A DNA stretch of 63,624 bases, counting the filler, from Actinomycetota bacterium (GTDB taxonomy: Bacteria > Actinomycetota > Acidimicrobiia > IMCC26256 > VFJJ01), in assembly GCA_009886115.1 (NCBI GenBank). It is 4 parts of 4 records of this genome, joined end to end, with 100 filler letters (N's around TTAATTAATTAA, not from the genome) between each part and the next. Parts side by side here need not be neighbours in the genome. Positions count along the whole stretch, not along the records: positions 20,471 to 50,530 come from VFJJ01000200.1; 3 more parts are not named here. The stretch is one strand, 5' to 3'. Below are positions 32,281 to 44,840 of the stretch, one piece after another. Position 1 is the first letter of the stretch. Every line of letters starts with the position of its first letter. A model generated the notes under the pieces. That model was given only the letters and a program-made list of their open reading frames with translations. It had not been told where the DNA came from and ran no database searches. The translations under genes and the position numbers were made by a program.

Positions 32281-34373
32281 CGTTTGAGTACCCAGCGGGT
32301 GAGGAAGGTCTCGACCCGGGAGAGCTCGTCGGCCACGGTCTCGGGCCGGCCCCAACCATGGCCTTCGCCGTCGTAGACCTGATGCTCGACGGGCGTCCCG
32401 GCAGCGCTCACCGCGCTCACCAGGGCCTCGGCCTGGGCGGGCGGGACGACCGTGTCGGCCGAGCCCTGCAGCACCAAGAGGGGAACCCGGAGCCGGCTCG
32501 CGTGGGTGAGAGGCGAGCGTTGCTCGTACCGGTCGGCGGCTCCGGGGAGACGGCCGACGAGCGCGTCGAGATAGCCGGCCTCGTAGCGGTGCGTGGTCTC
32601 GGCCAGGTCGAACAGGTCGCTGACCGGATAGAGCGCCACGCATGCCCGCACCAGCTCGGCGTGGTGGAGGGCGACGAGCAACGCCGTGAAGCCCCCGGCA
32701 CTACCGCCCATCACGGCCACCCGTCGACCGTCGGCCCAGCGCTGCCGGCGGGCCTCCCCGATGGCGGAGGCCACGTCGGCCACGTCGAGCTCGCCCCAGC
32801 GGCCGTTGAGGGCCTGGGTGTGGGCCCGCCCGAGGCCGGTGGAGCCCCGATAGTTCACAGCGAGCACGGCCCAGCCCCGCGACACGAAGTACTGCACCCT
32901 CCCCGACCATTGCACCGAGTGCTGGTCGGTCGGGCCCCCGTGCACCGACACCAGCAACGGGGGACGGGCGACCGCTCGCCTGCCGCCAGCGCCAGCGGCG
33001 CCTGCAGCGCCAGCAGCACCAGCAGACCCGACACCAGTAGCACCAGCGGCGCCTGCAGCGCCGGCAGACCCGGCGCCAGTAGCGCCTGCGGCGCCTGCGG
33101 CGCCAGCGGCGCCAGCGGCGCCAGCAGCGCCGGCAGACCCGGCACCAGTTGCGCCAGCAGCCGTCCAGGCCGCGAGCTCGGGTCGGGGGCGGTAGAGCAC
33201 TCCGTGGACCCGTCCACCGTCGGGGCCCGTCCATTCGACGATCTCGGGCTCGACGGGCTGCGAGGCCTCGATGCCAGCGGGCGCCGAGCGGGCCAGCGTG
33301 CGCCGGGGCGAGCCGTCGACCGGAGTGGCAACGACCTGGGGAACGGTGATGCCGCCGGTGCGCACGCCCACGATCGTCTCGGGCGTGGCCCAGTCGAGCC
33401 CCAGGTGCCAGGCCCGGGCCAACTCCTTCACCGGCGCGCCCCTGCGCACCCCGACGGTGACCAGCCGCCCGAAGCCCCGCTCGTTGCGGCACACGGCGAT
33501 CGTGGCGGAGTCGGGCGACCAGGCGAACGAGCGCTGTCCCGGCCCCCAGGTGGCCTCGGCGTGCTCGAAGGCCTCCCCGGGCAGGCGGGCCGCCCCGGGC
33601 GACGTGCCGGGCCGCTCGACCAACGGACGGGCGCCCGCCCCGAACGGCGCCCGCCCCAGCCACACGTTCATCCAGCCGGTGCGGTCGCTCACCCAGGCCA
33701 GCCAGCGCCCGTCGGGCGAGAACCGGGGCTGGCCCACGGCGGTCGCGGCGCCCCCGGCGACGACCCGAGGACCGCCGGAGCCAGCGGTGCCGGCGACCAC
33801 CGCGGCGACCTCGCGTACGACGATGCGGGAGCAGTCCCAAGGCATGAGACCGTCGTCCCATTCGTGCCAGGCCACGTGGCGACCGTCGGCCGACCAGGAC
33901 GGGTCGTACGTGAAGGCCGCGCCGGTGGAGAGGCGCGCCGGCCAGGCCGAGCCGTCGACGGGCATCCAGGCGATGTCGCAGCGGTCGTCGCGCTCGATGA
34001 CGAACGCCACCCGGGTTCCGTCGGGCGACACCGCCGGTGCGGCGACCCGCCCGTCAGTGGTGAGCACCGAGAGCGGTCCTCCGCTGGCGCTCGTGACGGC
34101 CAGACGACCGTCGCCGGTCACGTACAGGAGCCGCCCGCCGGGCGCCCAGCAGAACGACCCCGGTGACGCGCTCGCTGCCGTCTCGGCCGTGACCACCACG
34201 GCCGAGCCGCTGCCGTCGAGCGGCGCGATCACCAGATCGGCCCGTCCGGCCAGCCCCTCGCTCCACGCGACACGGCCGCCCCCGGGCTCGGCCCGAGCGT
34301 CACCGAAGCGCCGGGTCCGAGCCACCAGCGCTGCGGGCAACACCGGGAACGGTCGGGTATCGGGGGTGCTCAT
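32277..34373 (-). CDS. S9-family (prolyl oligopeptidase-like) peptidase with beta-propeller
   Basis: PD40-like repeats (SPDG), HGGPT, NYRGSTG, GGSAGG, QGSADTVV, EGHG. Confidence 0.93.
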   Translation of the reverse strand: MSTPDTRPFPVLPAALVARTRRFGDARAEPGGGRVAWSEGLAGRADLVIAPLDGSGSAVVVTAETAASASPGSFCWAPGGRLLYVTGDGRLAVTSASGGPLSVLTTDGRVAAPAVSPDGTRVAFVIERDDRCDIAWMPVDGSAWPARLSTGAAFTYDPSWSADGRHVAWHEWDDGLMPWDCSRIVVREVAAVVAGTAGSGGPRVVAGGAATAVGQPRFSPDGRWLAWVSDRTGWMNVWLGRAPFGAGARPLVERPGTSPGAARLPGEAFEHAEATWGPGQRSFAWSPDSATIAVCRNERGFGRLVTVGVRRGAPVKELARAWHLGLDWATPETIVGVRTGGITVPQVVATPVDGSPRRTLARSAPAGIEASQPVEPEIVEWTGPDGGRVHGVLYRPRPELAAWTAAGATGAGSAGAAGAAGAAGAAGAAGATGAGSAGAAGAAGATGVGSAGAAGAAGAAGAGGRRAVARPPLLVSVHGGPTDQHSVQWSGRVQYFVSRGWAVLAVNYRGSTGLGRAHTQALNGRWGELDVADVASAIGEARRQRWADGRRVAVMGGSAGGFTALLVALHHAELVRACVALYPVSDLFDLAETTHRYEAGYLDALVGRLPGAADRYEQRSPLTHASRLRVPLLVLQGSADTVVPPAQAEALVSAVSAAGTPVEHQVYDGEGHGWGRPETVADELSRVETFLTRWVLKR

Positions 34374-34669
34374 GAAACGAGCACCTCGGGGAGCCAGACG
34401 AGCAATCGCTCGAGTACCTCGTCGGGCGTTTCGACACGGCCGCCCCCGGGCTCGGCCCGAGCGTCACCGAAGCGCCGACTCCGGGCCACCAACGCCGCCG
34501 GTAGCACCGGGAACAGCCACGCCGAATCGACCCGCGAACCGGCGCCAGAGCCGACCAGGGACCCGGTGACGGAACCGGCGGCGCTCCCGACCCCCGAACC
34601 GGCCACAGAATCAGCGGCCATGGAACCCTCCACAGAATCGGCGGCAGAATCGGCAGCGGAGCCGCTCAT
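34370..34669 (-). other. Chimeric 99-aa ORF from duplication of the hydrolase/S9 peptidase gene junction
   Basis: 34432-34514 copies 34268-34350; 34368-34424 copies 34664-34720. Confidence 0.8.
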
Positions 34670-35364
34670 GAACCGAGCACCGCAGGGATCCAGACGAGCA
34701 ATCGTTCGACGACCTCGTCGTGCGCTTCGGCGAGACCGTGCCCGGCCCCGGGGAGCATCACCACCTCGCCGTGGCCCCCAGCCAAGGCCTGGACGACCCG
34801 GGAGGTCTCGGGTGGCAGCCGGTCGTCGAGGCTGCCGTGCAGGAGGAGGAAGGGACGCGGCGCCAGCATCACCGCGACCTCGCATCCTGCCGATTGGGTC
34901 GACAGCGTGCACACGCCCCGAACGAAGCCAGGCAGCGCAGCGCCGGCTTGCACCGCGACCGCCCCGCCGAAGGAATGGCCGACCGTCACGAATCCGCGGG
35001 CCCCCGACCGGAGCGCCAGGTCGGCTGCGGCTGCGACGTCCATGGTGCAACGCGGGAGGTGGTCGGGCTTGCGCCAACCGACCCTGATGGTGCCGATCCC
35101 GACGTCGGCCAGGCGCACCCCCAGCTCGTGGTAGAGGGCCCTTCCCGGTCCGAGCAGGCCGCCCATGGCCCCGCCGCCCAGCAGTGCCACCCCCGCTGCG
35201 TCGCGGGGACCGTGCCAGAGGAGGGTGAGCAGGCCCTTCATGGTGTAGATCTCCACATGGCGCAAGGCCGGCGAGATCTCGGCCTCCGACATCCCGAACG
35301 CCTCGAGCTCGTCGAGGGGCCCTCCGGTGCTCGGCGATGCTGCGGAAGGTTCCGGGGGCGCCAT
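34666..35364 (-). CDS. Alpha/beta hydrolase family protein
   Basis: GHSFGG, LLHGSLDD, GAGH catalytic-triad-like motifs. Confidence 0.88.
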   Translation of the reverse strand: MAPPEPSAASPSTGGPLDELEAFGMSEAEISPALRHVEIYTMKGLLTLLWHGPRDAAGVALLGGGAMGGLLGPGRALYHELGVRLADVGIGTIRVGWRKPDHLPRCTMDVAAAADLALRSGARGFVTVGHSFGGAVAVQAGAALPGFVRGVCTLSTQSAGCEVAVMLAPRPFLLLHGSLDDRLPPETSRVVQALAGGHGEVVMLPGAGHGLAEAHDEVVERLLVWIPAVLGS

Positions 35365-35375
35365 GGATTCAGAGC

Positions 35376-36440
35376 CTACGGGTCGACGGGCGACCTAGCC
35401 GGGAGCTCCCGCACCAGCAGATGCTCGGCCGGCACCCATCCGTGGCGCTCGAGGAACGCCTCGCCCCCGGCCCCCGCCGCGCCCCAATCGGCCAGGGTTC
35501 GGGAGCGACCGTCGACGGCCCGAGCCAGGAGGTGGGCTCCGATGCCCTGGCGCCGATGCTCAGGCGCGACGACCACAGCCTCCAACCAGCGCCGGTTGCG
35601 GACCGCCACCCCCACGATCTGGTCGTCGCGCCGACCCACAAGGAGCACGGAGCCGACGGGTACGGGCATCGTCGCGGACACAGCCGCAGCTACGCCAGGG
35701 GTCACGGCCGCGGGCCCAGGTCCCGTGGCCGCAGCAGCGCGGCCAGCCGCAGCTGCGCCGGGGCGTCGAGCCGCGGGCCCGACGGGTACCAGCGGGGGCT
35801 CCGCGAGTCCCGGACGGGCCGGCGGTGCGTACAGGGCGAGGAACGCCGCCACCTCGGGGTCGGCCATGACGGCCTCGGAGATGGTGAGCGCCAGCCCGCC
35901 CCGTCCCACGACCCCGGCCGAGCCCAGGCGTTCACCGGCCAGCGGTCGCCAGACTCGATCGGGCCCCTCCTCGAGGAGGTGCACGACGTCGACGTTCACT
36001 TCGGCGCTGAAGCCGGCGAGGACGTCGACGATGGCGCCGATGCGCTCGGGATCAGCGCCGTCGAGCAGCGTCACGTGCGGCACCCACGGCCAGGCCAGCG
36101 GCCTCGCCAGCGGCGGTTCGAACACCGTGTCGCGGAGGGCTTCGAGCGCTCGCAGGTCGCCGCCGACGGGCAGGAACACGACGGGGTTGTCGGGGAGGAA
36201 CGACCTCGGCCGACCCAGCTCGAGCCGCAGCGGCGCAGCGGTCACGGTCGCCGCGCCAGCGCGGAGGCGCGCCAACGCGAGCCCGAGCGACGCCTCGGGA
36301 ACGTTCACCGGAGGGACGAGGGTCAGGTGCGTCGGCACCCGCCCGAGTCGCGGGTCGCTCACCGCCATCCGCAGGGCGTCGATCATGTGCCCGACGGGCG
36401 GCGGGATGACCAGGGCAACACCCAGTCGACGGCGCGTCAC
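35376..36440 (-). CDS. 2H phosphoesterase (2'-5' RNA ligase-like) fused to a GNAT acetyltransferase
   Basis: HLTL and HVTL 2H motifs; C-terminal VVAPEHRRQGIGAHLL acetyl-CoA motif and AFLERHGW. Confidence 0.85.
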   Translation of the reverse strand: MTRRRLGVALVIPPPVGHMIDALRMAVSDPRLGRVPTHLTLVPPVNVPEASLGLALARLRAGAATVTAAPLRLELGRPRSFLPDNPVVFLPVGGDLRALEALRDTVFEPPLARPLAWPWVPHVTLLDGADPERIGAIVDVLAGFSAEVNVDVVHLLEEGPDRVWRPLAGERLGSAGVVGRGGLALTISEAVMADPEVAAFLALYAPPARPGLAEPPLVPVGPAARRPGAAAAGRAAAATGPGPAAVTPGVAAAVSATMPVPVGSVLLVGRRDDQIVGVAVRNRRWLEAVVVAPEHRRQGIGAHLLARAVDGRSRTLADWGAAGAGGEAFLERHGWVPAEHLLVRELPARSPVDP

Positions 36441-36460
36441 GACGGCTCAGCCCTTCCGGC

Positions 36461-37639
36461 TCACGGCTGACCGTCGAGGAGCAACCAGGCGTAGGTGGCC
36501 GTGGTCCGGTAGTCGTACACCGAGATCCCGACCGATCGGTGCAGCGCTGCGGCGTCGACGAACTTCTGGTAGTCGATGTTCGACGAGGTGTCGCCGATGC
36601 CTCCAATGGGGTGCACCACCGCATCCGGCAGCCCCAGATTCGACCGCATCCGTCGGATCGACTCGTCGGTGTAGGTGAAGGCGTCGCGGTAGGGGGAGTC
36701 GGCGTTGCGGAACGTCCAGTAGGTCATCGGCAGCCACACGTCGTAGTGCGGGGCGATCTCGGCCCACGGGAACCCCGCCCAGAAGTCGTCGTTGATCACC
36801 TCCATGAGCACCGGCGGCGGGACGATGGCCCCGAGCAGCATCCCCGGGTTCGCTGTGCGGAACCGGGCCGACAGCTCGATCAGCCGCTGGCTGCGCAGCG
36901 CATGGTCGGCCACGTCGCCCCGGAACTCGATGTCGAGCGCGAGCGAGTCGAAGCGTTCCCCGGGGATCGGCTCGAAGGTCCGAAGCGTCTCGAGGCGGGC
37001 GAAGTCGACGTCGATGTCGCCAAAGCGGGGGAGGTACCACGCCACGACGCAGAGACCGAACGAGTGCGCCCGCAGAACGAACTGCGTCACGAGCTCAGGG
37101 TCGACGATCCCCGTGAAACCCTTGTCGTCATTGCGGACGGGCTGGAGGTACAGCGTCGTGATACCGAGCGCGGCCATCTGCGGGACGTGGTCGGGCGTGA
37201 TCGCCGGGACGAGATCCTCGGCGTAGGTCGGGCTGTAGTCGAACACGTCGATCCACGTTCCGAGACCGTTGTAGGGCGATGCAGCCGGGCCCACGCCCGA
37301 GCGTGACGCTGCCGGCTGACAACCCGAGGCCGGGGCGGCCACGGTGGCGCTGGGCCCGGCTTCGAGGGCCGCGGCACCGATGGTCGAGCCCCCATCGAGC
37401 GGCGGGGCTCCGAGCCCCGTCGATCCGCTCGCGTCGCCCGAACCGCCGGCCGGGGTGTTCGGGTCCGCGCCCGGTTGCTGCGACGAGTCGTCGCAGGCCG
37501 CCACGAACGACGCGATCGCGATGGCGACCACGCCGACGCGCCACCGGGCCCACGGATTCAGCCGAGTCCGCACGCTCGACCGGGCGCTCAACCACGATCG
37601 GCTGGACGCGACCGTCGATGCTCGAACCTGATGGGCCAC
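36461..37639 (-). CDS. Putative lipoprotein with glycoside-hydrolase-like catalytic domain; start may be later
   Basis: Lipobox VAAC, low-complexity linker, GLGTWIDVFD, LALDIE, WLPMTYW. Confidence 0.7.
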   Translation of the reverse strand: MAHQVRASTVASSRSWLSARSSVRTRLNPWARWRVGVVAIAIASFVAACDDSSQQPGADPNTPAGGSGDASGSTGLGAPPLDGGSTIGAAALEAGPSATVAAPASGCQPAASRSGVGPAASPYNGLGTWIDVFDYSPTYAEDLVPAITPDHVPQMAALGITTLYLQPVRNDDKGFTGIVDPELVTQFVLRAHSFGLCVVAWYLPRFGDIDVDFARLETLRTFEPIPGERFDSLALDIEFRGDVADHALRSQRLIELSARFRTANPGMLLGAIVPPPVLMEVINDDFWAGFPWAEIAPHYDVWLPMTYWTFRNADSPYRDAFTYTDESIRRMRSNLGLPDAVVHPIGGIGDTSSNIDYQKFVDAAALHRSVGISVYDYRTTATYAWLLLDGQP

Positions 37640-37815
37640 GTTCTACTCACCGCCCGCGCGTCGGTATTCCGGTCGCCGGTCCCCAGACCAGCATCCAGAA
37701 CGGATCGGATCGGCCCGCAGGAACCAGGCTCGAACTCATCTTGTCATTCCTCACGAGGAACCCGGCGTCAGCCAGCAACGCTCACCCTGGTTGCGTTCCC
37801 GACGACCGACCCCGC

Positions 37816-37866
37816 CGAAATGTGCGCGGAAATGCGCACCCCGTCAGCATTTCCGCGCAAATTTGG
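37816..37866. repeat. 51-bp palindromic element, copy 3
   Basis: CGAAATGTGCGCGGAAATGCGCAC-CCC-GTCAGCATTTCCGCGCAAATTTGG, just downstream of atpC. Confidence 0.88.
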
Positions 37867-37897
37867 AGCTCGCCCGGGTTGGAGCTCAGCGTCAGCC

Positions 37898-40787
<2,890 letters not shown>

Positions 40788-40804
40788 CGGCTACACGCTC
40801 CCCA

Positions 40805-42331
40805 TCAGCCGACCGCGGCCAGGAACTCGTCCTTGGCCGCCTGGACCGCCGAGCGGAGTTCGTCGGCGTCGGGCATCGCACCCGTCGTGCGGATCTTGTC
40901 GAGCATCTCTGAGCGCCGGCCCCGGAAGAAGTCGAGGAGCGCGTCCTCGAAGGCCCGCACCTGGTGCACCTCGAGGTCATCGAGGAACCCCGTGGTGCCG
41001 GCGTAGATCACCACGACCTGCTCCTCGACCGGCATCGGCGAGTTGAGCGACTGCTTGAGGAGCTCGGTGAGGCGGTATCCCCGGTCGAGCTGGGCCTTGG
41101 AGACCTTGTCGAGCTCGGAGCCGAACGTGGCGAAGGCCTCGAGCTCACGGAACTGGGCCATGTCGAGCTTGAGCGTGCCGGCCACGGCCTTCATGGCCTT
41201 GATCTGCGCGGCGCCACCCACCCGCGACACGGAGATGCCCACGTCGACCGCCGGGCGGATACCCGACTTGAAGAGGTCGTCCTGGAGGTAGATCTGCCCG
41301 TCGGTGATCGAGATCACGTTGGTGGGGATGTACGCCGACACGTCGCCCGCCTTGGTCTCGATCACCGGCAGCGCCGTGAGCGAGCCCGCGCCGTAGGCGT
41401 CACCGAGCTTGGCCGCCCGCTCCAGCAAGCGGGAGTGGAGGTAGAAGACATCGCCCGGGTAGGCCTCGCGACCCGGCGGCCGACGCAGCAGCAACGAGAC
41501 CTGCCGGTAGGCCTCGGCCTGCTTCGAGAGGTCGTCGTACACGACGAGCGCGTGCTCGCCATTTTCCATCCAGTGCTGGCCCATGGCGCAGCCCGTGTAG
41601 GGCGCGAGGTACTTGAAGGGTGCGGCGTCGGACGCCGGGGCGTTGACGACGACCGTGTACTCCATCGCCCCGTGCTCCTCGAGGGTTGCGACGGTCTGGG
41701 CGACCGTCGAGCCCTTCTGGCCGATGGCCACGTAGATGCACTTCACGCCCTGACCCTTCTGGTTCAGGATCGTGTCGATGGCGACGGTGGTCTTGCCGGT
41801 CTTGCGGTCGCCGATGATGAGCTCGCGCTGGCCCCGCCCGATGGGCGTCATGGCGTCGATCGACTTGATGCCGGTCTGGAGCGGCTCGTGGACGGGCTTG
41901 CGGGCCACGATGCCCGGGGCCTGGATCTCGAGGCGACGCTGCACCGATCCGGCGATGGGGCCCTTGCCGTCGATGGGTTCGCCGAGGGCGTTGACGACCC
42001 GGCCGAGGAGACCGTCGCCGACGCCGACGCTCAGGATGCGTCCGGTGGCCTTGACCGCGCCGCCTTCTTCGACGCCGTGGGTGTCGCCCAGGATGACCGC
42101 GCCGATCGACTCCTCGTCGAGGTTCAGCGCCAGGCCCAGCGTGCCCCCCTCGAACTCCAGGATCTCGTTCACCGCCGCCAACGGCAGGCCCGAGATGCGA
42201 GCGATGCCGTCACCGACCTCGAGGATGCGGCCCACCTGCTCCTGGTTGATCGACGGGGAGAAATCGCCGATCGCGCGGCGCAGCGCCGCTGCGATGTCGT
42301 CGGAGTTGAAGTTCAGCTCGGTCACGGTCAT
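40805..42331 (-). CDS. atpA: ATP synthase F1 subunit alpha
   Basis: [37 protein letters not shown]. Confidence 0.99.
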   Translation of the reverse strand: MTVTELNFNSDDIAAALRRAIGDFSPSINQEQVGRILEVGDGIARISGLPLAAVNEILEFEGGTLGLALNLDEESIGAVILGDTHGVEEGGAVKATGRILSVGVGDGLLGRVVNALGEPIDGKGPIAGSVQRRLEIQAPGIVARKPVHEPLQTGIKSIDAMTPIGRGQRELIIGDRKTGKTTVAIDTILNQKGQGVKCIYVAIGQKGSTVAQTVATLEEHGAMEYTVVVNAPASDAAPFKYLAPYTGCAMGQHWMENGEHALVVYDDLSKQAEAYRQVSLLLRRPPGREAYPGDVFYLHSRLLERAAKLGDAYGAGSLTALPVIETKAGDVSAYIPTNVISITDGQIYLQDDLFKSGIRPAVDVGISVSRVGGAAQIKAMKAVAGTLKLDMAQFRELEAFATFGSELDKVSKAQLDRGYRLTELLKQSLNSPMPVEEQVVVIYAGTTGFLDDLEVHQVRAFEDALLDFFRGRRSEMLDKIRTTGAMPDADELRSAVQAAKDEFLAAVG

Positions 42332-42427
42332 GTCCTTTAGTGCCTCTCGGGCTCTGTGTGCCGCTCGGGCGCTCATTCGCTACCAGTTACCAGTTACCAG
42401 TTCGAGGTACCAGCTTCCGGCGAGCGT

Positions 42428-42955
42428 CTAGATGCGTTCGCGGAGCTGATCGAGACGGTGGCGCACGGAACCGTCGATCACGGTGTCGCCGATGCGGGCC
42501 ACCAGCCCGCCCATCACCGTCGGGTCGACGATCACCTTGACCTCGATGCGCTTGCCGGTCTTGGTCGAGAGCGCCACCTCGAGCCGGGCCACCTGGTCGG
42601 CGTCGAGGGCGATCGCGGATCGCACCTCGGCCACCTCGTGGTTGCGTTCCTCGGCGGCGAGTCTCACGAACGCGTCGACGACAGCGCCGAGATCGCGGCC
42701 CCGACCGGTGCCCACGACGAACGCAGCGAGCTGCGTGCTCACCGGGTGCGCCGCCTGGCCCATCAGCTCCTCGACGATCGCCATGCGGCGACCGGCCGGA
42801 AGCGTCTGGTCGGTGATGGCCTTGCGCAGCTCGTCGTTTGCGTCGACGGCGCGGGCGAAGCGGAACAGCTCATCCTCGGCCGAGCTCAGCGCGTTCTCGG
42901 CTGAGGCGATGGCGAAGAATGCCTGGGCGTAAACCTGCGTGCGTTCATCCGACAT
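42428..42955 (-). CDS. atpH: ATP synthase F1 subunit delta
   Basis: YAQAFF, VRSAIAL, VDPTVMGGLVARIGDTVIDGSV. Confidence 0.95.
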   Translation of the reverse strand: MSDERTQVYAQAFFAIASAENALSSAEDELFRFARAVDANDELRKAITDQTLPAGRRMAIVEELMGQAAHPVSTQLAAFVVGTGRGRDLGAVVDAFVRLAAEERNHEVAEVRSAIALDADQVARLEVALSTKTGKRIEVKVIVDPTVMGGLVARIGDTVIDGSVRHRLDQLRERI

Positions 42956-42962
42956 GGCGTCC

Positions 42963-43709
42963 TCACACGCTCCGGCTCAGATACTCGTCGACCACGCCCT
43001 GGCTCGCCGTGGCGTCGACGGTGCGTTCGACCACCTTGGAGGCCAGCTCCACCGACAACGCGGCGATCGGTGCCCGGAGCTCGATCATGGCCTGCTCGGT
43101 GGACGCCCGTACGGCTGTGGACGTCCGTTCCCGCTCGGCCGCGGCGTCGGCCTCGGCGCTGGCCATGAGATCCCGGCGAACAAGGTCTGCTTCGGCGCGG
43201 GCCTGCTCGAGGATGACGTTGGCCTCGGCCCGGGCCGCCGCGACAGCCTTGTCGTACTCGGCGACCACGGTGACGGCCTGGGTGCGAGCCTGCTCCGCAC
43301 CCTCGAGATCGCCGCGCACCTTGGCCTCACGGGCTTCGACGATGCTGCGGAGGCGAGGAGCAGCGAAGGTCATCATGAAGATGGCGACGAGCCCGAAGAG
43401 GATCACCGCCCAGATCAGCTCGTTGAGCTGGGGTAGGATCGGGCTGGGCTTGTCGGCACAGTCCTCGATCGATCCACCGGTCTCGATGATCTCGAGGCAT
43501 TCCTGCTCGTCGGGGCCGAGTGGAGCTACGGGCTCGTGCTCGGCGTCCTCCCCGGCGCCCTCAGGCTCGTCAGCGGGCGCCTCGGTCGTCGTCTCGGTGG
43601 TCTGGCCGTGGGCGACACCGCCGGCCGCCAAGGCGACGACGGCCCCGGCCATGATCGTCGAGACCAGTAGGAACCGCACTCTGCGCATGAACTGCAACTC
43701 CTGGCTCAT
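42963..43709 (-). CDS. atpF: ATP synthase Fo subunit b (second copy) with N-terminal extension
   Basis: TM helix then PRL...REAKV and an Ala/Glu coiled coil; LSVELASKVV; operon position. Confidence 0.9.
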   Translation of the reverse strand: MSQELQFMRRVRFLLVSTIMAGAVVALAAGGVAHGQTTETTTEAPADEPEGAGEDAEHEPVAPLGPDEQECLEIIETGGSIEDCADKPSPILPQLNELIWAVILFGLVAIFMMTFAAPRLRSIVEAREAKVRGDLEGAEQARTQAVTVVAEYDKAVAAARAEANVILEQARAEADLVRRDLMASAEADAAAERERTSTAVRASTEQAMIELRAPIAALSVELASKVVERTVDATASQGVVDEYLSRSV

Positions 43710-44491
43710 CAGTTCTGCCGGTTGCCGACCTGCTCGATGTACCGCTCCACCAACGCCCGCTGCGTGTCGAGGTCGAGGCTGCGCTCGACGACTCGCTCGG
43801 CCACATCGACCGAGAGGCCCGTCACTCGGGTGCGCAGGTCGGCCTGGGCCCGCTCCGACGCCAGACGGGAATCGGCGGTGGCTCGCGCCCGGGTCGCCGC
43901 GGCATCGGTCTCGGCTCGGGCGACCAGCTCGCGGCGTAGCACCTCGGCCTGCTCCCTGGCCTCGGCCAGGATGCGCTGCCGCTCGGCACCGGCATCACCG
44001 ACGCGCCCCTGAGCCTCAGCGAGCACAGCGACACCCTCGGCTCGCGACTGCTCGGCCCGCTCGATCTCGCTTCGGATCCGCTCGGTGCGCGCCGCCATGG
44101 CCTTCTTGGCGGCCGGCCCGGCGAACTTCACCATCATCGACGCCACGACGACGAAGAAGATCGATCCCCAGATGATCTCGTTGGTCTCGGGGAGGAACTT
44201 CTTCGGCGAGCTGTGACAGTCCTCGACGGTACCGCCCTCGTTGAGGAGGTGGAGACACTCCTCCTGGAAGGGGTCGAGCTCGACACCTTCCGCCGGCACC
44301 GTGGCGCCCTCGCCCTCCTGGGCACCGGCGGCAACACCGAATGGACCGGCCAGGGCCAGGAGCGCCACTGCACCCACGGCCAGGGCGGTACGGACAGCGC
44401 GCCGGCCCGAGGGCCGCGCCCGGCCGGGCAGTGCCGAGGCGCCGAACGGCTCCATGGTGTCTGTCAACCGCATCGTGTCGGTCAACCGCAT
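43709..44491 (-). CDS. atpF: ATP synthase Fo subunit b/b' (first copy) with N-terminal extension; start may be 44455
   Basis: EIIWG TM helix, RTERI, coiled coil, LSVDVAERVV, QRALVERYI. Confidence 0.9.
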   Translation of the reverse strand: MRLTDTMRLTDTMEPFGASALPGRARPSGRRAVRTALAVGAVALLALAGPFGVAAGAQEGEGATVPAEGVELDPFQEECLHLLNEGGTVEDCHSSPKKFLPETNEIIWGSIFFVVVASMMVKFAGPAAKKAMAARTERIRSEIERAEQSRAEGVAVLAEAQGRVGDAGAERQRILAEAREQAEVLRRELVARAETDAAATRARATADSRLASERAQADLRTRVTGLSVDVAERVVERSLDLDTQRALVERYIEQVGNRQN

Positions 44492-44498
44492 CGTCGGC

Positions 44499-44840
<342 letters not shown>

